Notes: generated by a model not told the origin, from the sequence alone. DNA of 64,000 bases from Antedon mediterranea (GCF_964355755.1 NW_027306095.1:124001-188000), one strand, 5' to 3'. Shown: positions 1 through 13,269, numbered from the stretch's first letter. Program-made: numbers and translations.

Positions 1-3000
1 TTTTGTGCATTTCGAAAAAACTTTTCACACAAAAACGACAAAGTGCACAAAATAGCTTCAAATCGCATTTGCAGACGTTTTAGACCATTTTGTGCATTTC
101 GATGAAACTTTTCACACAAAAACATCAAAGTGCACAAAATTGCTTCAAATCGCATTTGGAGACGTTTTAGACAATTTTGTGCCTTTCGATGAAACTTTTC
201 ACACAAAAACGACAAAGTGCACAAAATAGCTTCAAATCGCATTTAGAGACGTTTTAGACCATTTTGTGCATTTCGATGAAACTTTTCACACAAAAACATC
301 AAAGTGCACAAAATAGCTTCAAATCGCATTTAGAGACGTTTTAGACCATTTTGAGCATTTCGATGAAACTTTTCACACAAAAACGACAAAGTGCACAAAA
401 TAGCTTCAAATCGCATTTAGAGACGTTTTAGACAATTTTGTGCCTTTCGATGAAACTTTTCACAAAAAAACATCAAAGTGCACAAAATAGCTTCAAATCG
501 CATTTGCAGACGTTTTAGACCATTTTGTGCATTTCGATGAAACTTTTCACACAAAAACATCAAAGTGCACAAAATTGCTTCAAATCGCATTTGGAGACGT
601 TTTAGACCATTTTGAGCATTTCGATGAAACTTTTCACACAAAAACGACAAAGTGCACAAAATAGCTTCAAATCGCATTTAGAGACGTTTTAGACCATTTT
701 GTGCATTTCGATGAAACTTTTCACAAAAAAACATCAAAGTGCACAAAATAGCTTCAAATCGCATTTAGAGACGTTTTAGACAATTTTGTGCCTTTCGATG
801 AAACTTTTCACAAAAAAACATCAAAGTGCACAAAATAGCTTCAAATCGCATTTGCAGACGTTTTAGACCATTTTGTGCATTTCGATGAAACTTTTCACAC
901 AAAAACATCAAAGTGCACAAAATTGCTTCAAATCGCATTTGGAGACGTTTTAGACCATTTTGAGCATTTCGATGAAACTTTTCACACAAAAACGACAAAG
1001 TGCACAAAATAGCTTCAAATCGCATTTAGAGACGTTTTAGACCATTTTGTGCATTTCGATGAAACTTTTCACAAAAAAACATCAAAGTGCACAAAATAGC
1101 TTCAAATCGCATTTAGAGACGTTTTAGACCATTTTGTGCATTTCGATGAAACTTTTCACACAAAAACATCAAAGTGCACAAAATAGCTTCAAATCGCATT
1201 TAGAGACGTTTTAGACCATTTTGTGCATTTCGATGAAACTTTTCACACAAAAACATCAAAGTGCACAAAATAGCTTCAAATCGCATTTGGAGACGTTTTA
1301 GACCATTTTGTGCATTTCGATGAAACTTTTCACACAAAAACGACAAAGTGCACAAAATAGCTTCAAATCGCATTTAGAGACGTTTTAGACCATTTTGTGC
1401 ATTTCGATGAAACTTTTCACACAAAAACATCAAAGTGCACAAAATAGCTTCAAATCGCATTTGGAGACGTTTTAGACCATGTTGTGCATTTCGAAAAAAC
1501 TTGATTACACAAAAACATCAAAGTGCTTAAATTCACATTTGAAACCGTTTTAGACCATTTTGAGAATTTCGATAAAACTTTTACACAAAACATTAAAGTG
1601 CACAAAATAGCTTTAAATCGCATTTGCAGACGTTTTAGACCATTTTGTGCATTTCGATGAGACTGGATTACACAAAACATCAAAGTGCACAAAATAGCTT
1701 CAAATCGCATTTGGAGACGTTTTAGACCATTTTGTGCATTTCGAAAAAACTTTTCACACAAAAACGACAAAGTGCACAAAATAGCTTCAAATCACATTTG
1801 AAACCGTTTTAGACCATTTTGAGAATTTTGATAAAACTTTTACACAAAACATTAAAGTGCACAAAATAGCTTTAAATCGCATTTGCAGACGTTTTAGACC
1901 ATTTTGTGCATTTCGATGAAACTTGATTACACAAAAATATCAAAGTGCTTAAAATCACATTTGAAACCGTTTTAGACCATTTTGAGCATTTCGATAAAAC
2001 TTTTCACACAAAACATCAAAGTGCACAAAATAACTTCAAATCGCAATTGGAGACGTTTTAGACCATTTTGTGCATTTCGATGAAACTTTTCACACAAAAA
2101 CATCAAAGTGCACAAAATAGCTTCAAATCGCATTTAGAGACGTTTTAGACCATTTTGTGCATTTCGATGAAACTTTTCACACAAAAACATCAAAGTGCAC
2201 AAAATAGCTTCAAATCGCATTTGGAGACGTTTTAGACCATGTTGTGCATTTCGAAAAAACTTGATTACACAAAAATATCAAAGTGCTTAAAATCACATTT
2301 GAAACCGTTTTAGACAATTTTGTGCATTTCGATGAAACTTTTCACACAAAAACGACAAAGTGCACAAAATAGCTTCAAATCGCATTTAGAGACGTTTTAG
2401 ACAATTTTGTACATTTCGATGAAACTGGATTACACAAAACATCAAAGTGCACAAAATTGCTTAAAATCGCATTTGGAGACGTTTTAGACCATTTTGTGCA
2501 TTTCGAAAAAACTTTTCACACAAAAACGACAAAGTGCACAAAATAGCTTCAAATCGCATTTGCAGACGTTTTAGACCATTTTGTGCATTTCGATGAAACT
2601 TTTCACACAAAAACATCAAAGTGCACAAAATTGCTTCAAATCGCATTTGGAGACGTTTTAGACAATTTTGTGCCTTTCGATGAAACTTTTCACACAAAAA
2701 CGACAAAGTGCACAAAATAGCTTCAAATCGCATTTGCAGACGTTTTAGACCATTTTGTGCATTTCGATGAAACTTTTCACACAAAAACATCAAAGTGCAC
2801 AAAATTGCTTCAAATCGCATTTGGAGACGTTTTAGACCATTTTGTGCATTTCGATGAAACTTTTCACACAAAAACATCAAAGTCCACAAAATAGCTTCAA
2901 ATCGCATTTAGAGACGTTTTAGACCATTTTGTGCATTTCGATGAAACTTTTCACAAAAAAACATCAAAGTGCACAAAATAGCTTCAAATCGCATTTAGAG

Positions 3001-3402
3001 ACGTTTTAGACCATTTTGTGCATTTCGATGAAACTTTTCACACAAAAACATCAAAGTGCACAAAATAGCTTCAAATCGCATTTAGAGACGTTTTAGACCA
3101 TTTTGTGCATTTCGATGAAACTTTTCAGAAAAAAACATCAAAGTGCACAAAATAGCTTCAAATCGCATTTGGAGACGTTTTAGACCATTTTGAGCATTTC
3201 GATGAAACTTTTCACACAAAAACGACAAAGTGCACAAAATAGCTTCAAATCGCATTTAGAGACGTTTTAGACCATTTTGTGCATTTCGATGAAACTTTTC
3301 ACACAAAAACATCAAAGTGCACAAAATAGCTTCAAATCGCATTTAGAGACGTTTTAGACCATTTTGTGCATTTCGATGAAACTTTTCACACAAAATATTA
3401 AA
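1..3402 (-). repeat. Satellite orientation block 1 (reverse orientation)
   Basis: Monomers read ...AAAGTGCACAAAATAGCTTCAAATCGCAT... up to CACACAAAATATTAAA ending at 3402. Confidence 0.93.
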
Positions 3403-4298
3403 CTTTGATGTTTTTTTGTGAAAAGTTTCATCGAAATGCACAAAATGGTCTAAAACGTCTCTAAATGCGATTTGAAACTATTTTGTGCACTTTGTCGTTT
3501 TTGTGTGAAAAGTTTCATCGAAATGCTCAAAATGGTCTAAAACGTTTCAAAATGCGATTTGAAGCTATTTAGTGCACTTTGATGTTTTTTTGTGAAAAGT
3601 TTCATCGAAAAAAACAAAATGGTCTAAAACGTCTCTAAATGCGATTTGAAGCTATTTTGTGCACTTTGTCGTTTTTGTGTGAAAAGTTTCATCGAAATGC
3701 TCAAAATGGTCTAAAACGTTTCAAAATGCGATTTGAAGCAATTTTGTGCACTTTGATGTTTTTGTGTGAAAAGTTTCATCGAAATGCACAAAATGGTCTA
3801 AAACGTCTGCAAATGCGATTTGAAGCTATTTTGTGCACTTTGATGTTTTTGTGTGAAAAGTTTCATCGAAATGCTCAAAATGGTCTAAAATGTCTCCAAA
3901 TGCAATTTGAAGCAATTTTGTGCACTTTGTCGTTTTTGTATGAAAAGTTTTTTCGAAATGCACAAAATGGTCTAAAACGTCTCCAAATGCGATTTGAAGC
4001 AATTTTGTGCACTTTGATGTTTTGTGTAATCCAGTTTCATCGAAATGTACAAAATTGTCTAAAACGTCTCTAAATGCGATTTGAAGCTATTTTGTGCACT
4101 TTGTCGTTTTTGTGTGAAAAGTTTCATCGAAATGCACAAAATGGTCTAAAACGTCTCCAATTGCGATTTGAAGTTATTTTGTGCACTTTGATGTTTTGTG
4201 TGAAAAGTTTTATCGAAATGCTCAAAATGGTCTAAAACGGTTTCAAATGTGATTTTAAGCACTTTGATATTTTTGTGTAATCAAGTTTCATCGAAATG
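3403..4298 (+). repeat. Satellite orientation block 2 (forward, ~10 monomers)
   Basis: Begins CTTTGATGTTTTTTTGTGAAAAG at 3403 and ends at the palindrome centre 4298/4299. Confidence 0.93.
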
Positions 4299-4314
4299 CA
4301 TTTCGATGAAACTT
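4283..4314. repeat. 32-bp perfect palindrome at an inversion junction
   Basis: AAGTTTCATCGAAATG|CATTTCGATGAAACTT with no spacer. Confidence 0.95.
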
Positions 4315-6649
4315 TTCACACAAAAACATCAAAGTGCACAAAATAGCTTCAAATCGCATTTAGAGACGTTTTAGACCATTTTGTGCATTTCGATGAAACT
4401 TTTCAGAAAAAAACATCAAAGTGCACAAAATAGCTTCAAATCGCATTTGGAGACGTTTTAGACCATTTTGAGCATTTCGATGAAACTTTTCACACAAAAA
4501 CGACAAAGTGCACAAAATAGCTTCAAATCGCATTTAGAGACGTTTTAGACCATTTTGTGCATTTCGATGAAACTTTTCACACAAAAACATCAAAGTGCAC
4601 AAAATAGCTTCAAATCGCATTTAGAGACGTTTTAGACCATTTTGTGTATGTATTTCGATGAAACTTTTCACACAAAAACATCAAAGTGCACAAAATAGCT
4701 TCAAATCGCATTTGGAGACGTTTTAGACCATGTTGTGCATTTCGAAAAAACTTGATTACACAAAAATATCAAAGTGCTTAAAATCACATTTGAAACCGTT
4801 TTAGACAATTTTGAGCATTTCGATAAAACTTTTCACACAAAACATTAAAGTGCACAAAATAGCAAACTTTTTACACAAAACATCAAAGTGCACAAAAGAG
4901 CTCCAATTCGCATTGGGAGACGTTTTAGACCATTTTGTGCATTTCGAAAAAACTTTTCACTCAAAAACATCAAAGTGCATACAATAGCTTAATATCGTAT
5001 TTGGAGACGTTTTAGACAATTTTGTGCATTTCGATGAAACTTTTCACACAAAAACATCAAAGTGCACAAAATAGCTTCAAATCGCATTTGCAGACGTTTT
5101 AAACCATTTTGTGCATTTCGATGAAACTTGATTACACAAAAACATCAAAGTGCTTAAAATCACATTTGAAACCGTTTTAGACCATTTTGAGAATTTCGAT
5201 AAAACTTTACACACAAAAACATCAAAGTGCACAAAATAGCTTCAAATCGCATTTAGAGACGTTTTAGACCATTTTGTGTATTTCGATGAAACTTTTCACA
5301 CAAAAACATCAAAGTGCACAAAATAGCTTCAAATCGCATTTGGAGACGTTTTAGACCATGTTGTGCATTTCGAAAAAACTTGATTACACAAAAATATCAA
5401 AGTGCTTAAAATCACATTTGAAACCGTTTTAGACAATTTTGAGCATTTCGATAAAACTTTTCACACAAAACATTAAAGTGCACAAAATAGCAAACTTTTT
5501 ACACAAAACATCAAAGTGCACAAAAGAGCTCCAAATCGCATTGGGAGACGTTTTAGACCATTTTGTGCATTTCGAAAAAACTTTTCACTCAAAAACATCA
5601 AAGTGCATACAATAGCTTAATATCGTATTTGGAGACGTTTTAGACAATTTTGTGCATTTCGATGAAACTTTTCACACAAAAACATCAAAGTGCACAAAAT
5701 AGCTTCAAATCGCATTTGCAGACGTTTTAAACCATTTTGTGCATTTCGATGAAACTTGATTACACAAAAACATCAAAGTGCTTAAAATCTCATTTGAAAC
5801 CGTTTTAGACCATTTTGAGAATTTCGATAAAACTTTTCACACAAAACATTAAAGTGCACAAAATAGCTTTAAATCGCATTTGCAGACGTTTTAGACCATT
5901 TTGTGCATTTCGATGAAACTTGATTACACAAAAATATCAAAGTGCTTAAAATCACATTTGAAACCGTTTTAGACCATTTTGAGCATTTCGATAAAACTTT
6001 TCACACAAAACATCAAAGTGCACAAAATAACTTCAAATCGCAATTGGAGACGTTTTAGACCATTTTGTGCATTTCGAAAAAACTTTTCACACAAAAACGA
6101 CAAAGTACACAAAATAGCTTCAAATCGCATTTGCAGACGTTTTAGACCATTTTGTGCATTTCGATGAAACTTTTCACACAAAAACATCAAAGTGCACAAA
6201 ATTGCTTCAAATCGCATTTGGAGACGTTTTAGACCATTTTGAGCATTTCGATGAAACTTTTCACACAAAAACGACAAAGTGCACAAAATAGCTTCAAATC
6301 GCATTTAGAGACGTTTTAGACAATTTTGTGCATTTCGATGAAACTTTTCACAAAAAAACATCAAAGTGCACAAAATAGCTTCAAATCGCATTTAGAGACG
6401 TTTTAGACCATTTTGAGCATTTCGATGAAACTTTTCACACAAAAACGACAAAGTGCACAAAATAGCTTCAAATCGCATTTAGAGACGTTTTAGACCATTT
6501 TGTGCATTTCGATGAAACTTTTCACACAAAAACATCAAAGTGCACAAAATAGCTTCAAATCGCATTTAGAGACGTTTTAGACCATTTTGTGCATTTCGAT
6601 GAAACTTTTCACACAAAAACATCAAAGTGCACAAAATAGCTTCAAATCG
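4299..6649 (-). repeat. Satellite orientation block 3 (reverse)
   Basis: Runs from CATTTCGATGAAAC at 4299 to GCTTCAAATCG ending at 6649. Confidence 0.93.
4580..5830 (-). repeat. Tandem duplication with ~628 bp unit
   Basis: Markers TAGCAAACTTTTTAC (4860/5488) and CATTGGGAGA (4911/5539) recur at offset 628, as does TGCATACAATAGC. Confidence 0.8.
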
Positions 6650-7409
6650 TCGTTTTTGTGTGAAAAGTTTCATCGAAATGCACAAAATGGTCTAAAACGT
6701 CTTCAATTGCGATTTGAAGTTATTTTGTGCACTTTGATGTTTTGTGTGAAAAGTTTTATCGAAATGCTCAAAATGGTCTAAAACGGTTTCAAATGTGATT
6801 TTAAGCACTCTGATATTTTTGTGTAATCAAGTTTCATCGAAATGCACAAAATGGTCTAAAACGTCTGCAAATGCGATTTGAAGCTATTTTGTGCACTTTG
6901 ATGTTTTTGTGTGAAAAGTTTCATCGAAATGCACAAAATTGTCTAAAACGTCTCCAAATACGATATTAAGCTATTGTATGCACTTTAATATTTTTGAGTG
7001 AAAAGTTTTTTCGAAATGCACAAAATGGTCTAAAACGTCTCCAAATGCGATTTGAAGCTATTTTGTGCACTTTGATGTTTTTTTCTGAAAAGTTTCATCG
7101 AAATGCACAAAATGGTCTAAAACGTCTCTAAATGCGATTTGAAGCTATTTTGTGCACTTTGATGTTTTTGTGTGAAAAGTTTCATCGAAATGCACAAAAT
7201 GGTCTAAAACGTCTCTAAATGCGATTTGAAGCTATTTTGTGCACTTTGATGTTTTTTTGTGAAAATTTTCATCGAAATGCAAAAAATGGTCTAAAACGTC
7301 TCTAAATGCGATTTGAAGCTATTTTGTGCACTTTGTCGTTTTTGTGTGAAAAGTTTCATCGAAATGCTCAAAATGGTCTAAAACGTCTCCAAATGCGATT
7401 TGAAGCAAT

Positions 7410-10400
7410 TTTGTGCACTTTGATGTTTTTGTGTGAAAAGTTTCATCGAAATGCACAAAATGGTCTAAAACGTCTGCAAATGCGATTTGAAGCTATTTTG
7501 TGCACTTTGATGTTTTTTTGTGAAAAGTTTCATCGAAATGTACAAAATTGTCTAAAACGTCTCTAAATGCGATTTGAAGCTATTTTGTGCACTTTGATGT
7601 TTTTTTGTGAAAAGTTTCATCGAAATGTACAAAATTGTCTAAAACGTCTCTAAATGCGATTTGAAGCTATTTTGTGCACTTTGTCGTTTTTGTGTGAAAA
7701 GTTTCATCGAAATGCTCAAAATGGTCTAAAACGTCTCCAAATGCGATTTGAAGCAATTTTGTGCAGTTTGATGTTTTTGTGTGAAAAGTTTCATCGAAAT
7801 ACACAAAATGGTCTAAAACGTCTGCAAATGCGATTTGAAGCTATTTTGTGCACTTTGTCGTTTTTGTGTGAAAAGTTTTTTCGAAATGCACAAAATGGTC
7901 TAAAACGTCTCCAAATGCGATTTGAAGCTATTTTGTGCACTTTGATGTTTTTGTGTGAAAAGTTTCATCGAAATGCACAAAATGGTCTAAAACGTCTCTA
8001 AATGCGATTTGAAGCAATTTTGTGCACTTTGATGTTTTGTGTAATCCAGTTTCATCGAAATGTACAAAATTGTCTAAAACGTCTCTAAATGCGATTTGAA
8101 GCTATTTTGTGCACTTTGTCGTTTTTGTGTGAAAAGTTTTTTCGAAATGCACAAAATGGTCTAAAACGTCTCCAATTGCGATTTGAAGTTATTTTGTGCA
8201 CTTTGATGTTTTGTGTGAAAAGTTTTATCGAAATGCTCAAAATGGTCTAAAACGGTTTCAAATGTGATTTTAAGCAGTTTGATATTTTTGTGTAATCAAG
8301 TTTCATCGAAATGCACAAAATGGTCTAAAACGTCTGCAAATGCGATTTAAAGCTATTTTGTGCACTTTAATGTTTTGTGTGAAAAGTTTTATCGAAATTC
8401 TCAAAATGGTCTAAAACGGTTTCAAATGTGATTTTAAGCACTTTGATGTTTTTGTGTAATCAAGTTTCATCGAAATGCACAAAATGGTCTAAAACGTCTC
8501 CAAATGCGATTTGAAGCAATTTTGTGCACTTTGATGTTTTGTGTAATCCAGTTTCATCGAAATGTACAAAATTGTCTAAAACGTCTCTAAATGCGATTTG
8601 AAGCTATTTTGTGCACTTTGTCGTTTTTGTGTGAAAAGTTTCATCGAAATGCACAAAATGGTCTAAAACGTCTCCAATTGCGATTTGAAGTTATTTTGTG
8701 CACTTTGATGTTTTGTGTGAAAAGTTTTATCGAAATGCTCAAAATGGTCTAAAACGGTTTCAAATGTGATTTTAAGCACTTTGATATTTTTGTGTAATCA
8801 AGTTTCATCGAAATGCACAAAATGGTCTAGAACGTCTGCAAATGCAATTTAAAGCTATTTTGTGCACTTTAATGTTTTGTGTGAAAAGTTTTATCGAAAT
8901 TCTCAAAATGGTCTAAAACGGTTTCAAATGTGATTTTAAGCACTTTGAGGTTTTTGTGTAATCAAGTTTTTTCGAAATGCACAACATGGTCTAAAACGTC
9001 TCCAAATGCGATTTGAAGCTATTTTGTGCACTTTGATGTTTTTGTGTGAAAAGTTTCATCGAAATGCACAAAATGGTCTAAAACGTCTGCAAATGCGATT
9101 TGAAGCTATTTTGTGCACTTTGATGTTTTTTTGTGAAAAGTTTCATCGAAATGTACAAAATTGTCTAAAACGTCTCTAAATGCGATTTGAAGCTATTTTG
9201 TGCACTTTGATGTTTTTTTGTGAAAAGTTTCATCGAAATGTACAAAATTGTCTAAAACGTCTCTAAATGCGATTTGAAGCTATTTTGTGCACTTTGTCGT
9301 TTTTGTGTGAAAAGTTTCATCGAAATGCTCAAAATGGTCTAAAACGTCTCCAAATGCGATTTGAAGCAATTTTGTGCAGTTTGATGTTTTTGTGTGAAAA
9401 GTTTCATCGAAATACACAAAATGGTCTAAAACGTCTGCAAATGCGATTTGAAGCTATTTTGTGCACTTTGTCGTTTTTGTGTGAAAAGTTTTTTCGAAAT
9501 GCACAAAATGGTCTAAAACGTCTCCAAATGCGATTTGAAGCTATTTTGTGCACTTTGATGTTTTTGTGTGAAAAGTTTCATCGAAATGCACAAAATGGTC
9601 TAAAACGTCTCTAAATGCGATTTGAAGCAATTTTGTGCACTTTGATGTTTTGTGTAATCCAGTTTCATCGAAATGTACAAAATTGTCTAAAACGTCTCTA
9701 AATGCGATTTGAAGCTATTTTGTGCACTTTGTCGTTTTTGTGTGAAAAGTTTTTTCGAAATGCACAAAATGGTCTAAAACGTCTCCAATTGCGATTTGAA
9801 GTTATTTTGTGCACTTTGATGTTTTGTGTGAAAAGTTTTATCGAAATGCTCAAAATGGTCTAAAACGGTTTCAAATGTGATTTTAAGCAGTTTGATATTT
9901 TTGTGTAATCAAGTTTCATCGAAATGCACAAAATGGTCTAAAACGTCTGCAAATGCGATTTAAAGCTATTTTGTGCACTTTAATGTTTTGTGTGAAAAGT
10001 TTTATCGAAATTCTCAAAATGGTCTAAAACGGTTTCAAATGTGATTTTAAGCACTTTGATGTTTTTGTGTAATCAAGTTTCATCGAAATGCACAAAATGG
10101 TCTAAAACGTCTCCAAATGCGATTTGAAGCAATTTTGTGCACTTTGATGTTTTGTGTAATCCAGTTTCATCGAAATGTACAAAATTGTCTAAAACGTCTC
10201 TAAATGCGATTTGAAGCTATTTTGTGCACTTTGTCGTTTTTGTGTGAAAAGTTTCATCGAAATGCACAAAATGGTCTAAAACGTCTCCAATTGCGATTTG
10301 AAGTTATTTTGTGCACTTTGATGTTTTGTGTGAAAAGTTTTATCGAAATGCTCAAAATGGTCTAAAACGGTTTCAAATGTGATTTTAAGCACTTTGATAT

Positions 10401-10670
10401 TTTTGTGTAATCAAGTTTCATCGAAATGCACAAAATGGTCTAGAACGTCTGCAAATGCAATTTAAAGCTATTTTGTGCACTTTAATGTTTTGTGTGAAAA
10501 GTTTTATCGAAATTCTCAAAATGGTCTAAAACGGTTTCAAATGTGATTTTAAGCACTTTGATGTTTTTGTGTAATCAAGTTTTTTCGAAATGCACAACAT
10601 GGTCTATTTAAAACGTCTCCAAATGCGATTTGAAGCTATTTTGTGCACTTTGATGTTTTTGTGTGAAAAG
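7410..10670 (+). repeat. Tandem duplication with 1613 bp unit
   Basis: Identical variant ORFs at 7654 and 9267; rare variants GTGCAGTTTG, GAAATACACA, TAAGCAGTTT and GTCTAGAACG each recur at offset 1613. Confidence 0.88.
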
Positions 10671-13269
10671 TTTCAATGAAATGCACAAAATGGTCTAAAA
10701 CGTCTCTAAATGCGATTTGAAGCTATTTTGTGCACTTTGATGTTTTTTTCTGAAAAGTTTCATCGAAAGGCACAAAATTGTCTAAAACGTCTCTAAATGC
10801 GATTTGAAGCTATTTTGTGCACTTTGTCGTTTTTGTGTGAAAAGTTTCATCGAAATTCCCAAAATGGTCTAAAACATCTCCAAATACGATTTGAAGCAAT
10901 TTTGTGCACTTTGATGTTTTTGTGTGAAAAGTTTCATCGAAATGCACAAAATGGTCTAAAACGTCTGCAAATGCGATTTGAAGCTATTTTGTGCACTTTG
11001 TCGTTTTTGTGTGAAAAGTTTTTTCGAAATGCACAAAATGGTCTAAAACGTCTCCAAATGCGATTTGAAGCAATTTTGTGCACTTTGATGTTTTGTGTAA
11101 TCCAGTTTCATCGAAATGTACAAAATTGTCTAAAACGTCTCTAAATGCGATTTGAAGCTATTTTGTGCACTTTGTCGTTTTTGTGTGAAAAGTTTTTTCG
11201 AAATGCACAAAATGGTCTAAAACGTCTCCAAATGCGATTTGAAGCAATTTTGTGCACTTTGATGTTTTGTGTAATCCAGTTTCATCGAAATGTACAAAAT
11301 TGTCTAAAACGTCTCTAAATGGGATTTGAAGCTATTTTGTGCACTTTGTCGTTTTTGTGTGAAAAGTTTTTTCGAAATGCACAAAATGGTTTAAAACGTC
11401 TCCAATTGCGATTTGAAGTTATTTTGTGCACTTTGATGTTTTGTGTGAAAAGTTTTATCGAAATGCTCAAAATGGTCTAAAACGGTTTCAAATGTGATTT
11501 TAAGCACTTTGATATTTTTGTGTAATCAAGTTTCATCGAAATGCACAAAATGGTCTAAAACGTCTGCAAATGCGATTTAAAGCTATTTTGTGCACTTTAA
11601 TGTTTTGTGTGAAAAGTTTTATCGAAATTCTCAAAATGGTCTAAAACGGTTTCAAATGTGATTTTAAGCACTTTGATGTTTTTGTGTAATCAAGTTTCAT
11701 CGAAATGCACAAAATGGTTTAAAACGTCTGCAAATGCGATTTGAAGCTATTTTGAGCACTTTGATGTTTTTGTGTGAAAAGTTTCATCGAAATGCACAAA
11801 ATTGTCTAAAACGTCTCCAAATACGATATTAAGCTATTGTATGCACTTTAATATTTTTGTGTGAAAAGTTTCATCGAAATGCACAAAATGGTCTCTAAAA
11901 CGTCTGCAAATGCGATTTGAAGCTATTTTGTGCACTTTGTCGTTTTTGTGTGAAAAGTTTTTTCGAAATGCACAAAATGGTCTAAAACGTCTCCAAATGC
12001 GATTTGAAGCAATTTTGTGCACTTTGATGTTTTGTGTAATCCAGTTTCATCGAAATGTACAAAATTGTCTAAAACGTCTCTAAATGCGATTTGAAGCTAT
12101 TTTGTGCACTTTGTCGTTTTTGTGTGAAAAGTTTTTTCGAAATGCACAAAATGGTCTAAAACGTCTCCAATTGCGATTTGAAGTTATTTTGTGCACTTTG
12201 ATGTTTTGTGTGAAAAGTTTTATCGAAATGCTCAAAATGGTCTAAAACGGTTTCAAATGTGATTTTAAGCACTTTGATATTTTTGTATAATCAAGTTAAA
12301 TCGAAATGCACAAAATGGTCTAAAACGTCTGCAAATGCGATTTAAAGCTATTTTGTGCACTTTAATGTTTTGTGTGAAAAGTTTTATCGAAATTCTCAAA
12401 ATGGTCTAAAACGGTTTCAAATGTGATTAAAAGCACTTTGATGTTTTTGTGTAATCAAGTTTCATCGAAAAGCACAAAATGGTTTAAAACGTCTGCAAAT
12501 GCGATTTGAAGCTATTTAGTGCACTTTGATGTTTTTGTGTGAAAAGTTTCATCGAAATGCACAAAATTGTCTAAAACGTTTCCAAATACGATATTAAGCT
12601 ATTGTATGCACTTTGATATTTTTGAGTGAAAAGTTTTTTCGAAATGCACAAAATGGTCTAAAACGTCTCCAAATGCGATTTAAAGCTATTTTGTGTCTCC
12701 AATTGCGATTTGAAGTTATTTTGTGCACTTTGATGTTTTGTGTGAAAAGTTTTATCGAAATTCTCAAAATGGTCTAAAACGGTTTCAAATGTGATTTTAA
12801 GCACTTTGATGTTTTTGCGTAATCAAGTTTTTTCGAAATGCACAACATGGTCTAAAACGTCTCCAAATGCGATTTGAAGCAATTTTGTGCACTTTGATGT
12901 TTTTGTGTGAAAAGTTTCATCGAAATGCACAAAATGGTCTAAAACGTCTGCAAATGCGATTTGAAGCTATTTTGTGCACTTTGATGTTTTTTTGTGAAAA
13001 GTTTCATCGAAAGGCACTAAATTGTCTAAAACGTCTCTAAATGCGATTTGAAGCTATTTTGTGCACTTTGTCGTTTTTGTGTGAAAAGTTTCATCGAAAT
13101 GCACAAAATGGTCTAAAACGTCTCCAAATGCGATTTGAAGTTATTTTGTGCACTTTGATGTTTTGTGTGAAAAGTTTTATCGAAATGCTCAAAATGGTCT
13201 AAAACGGTTTCAAATGTGATTTTAAGCACTTTGATATTTTTGTGTAATCAAGTTTCATCGAAATGCACA

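Noticed and set aside
3691-3700. TTCATCGAA matches the STAT-type TTC(N3)GAA motif in each monomer
   Set aside because: Only six informative bases in AT-rich, dyad-rich DNA, so it is expected by chance, and it is lost in common variants.
4283-4314. Inversions as fold-back sequencing chimeras
   Set aside because: Arms differ in monomer type beyond 16 bp from the centre, whereas read fold-back would give mirror-identical arms. This makes it unlikely, though not formally excluded without reads.
3403-6649. Site-specific invertible element (shufflon or phase-variation switch)
   Set aside because: No recombinase gene, and the five junctions do not share one crossover sequence (only two are identical).
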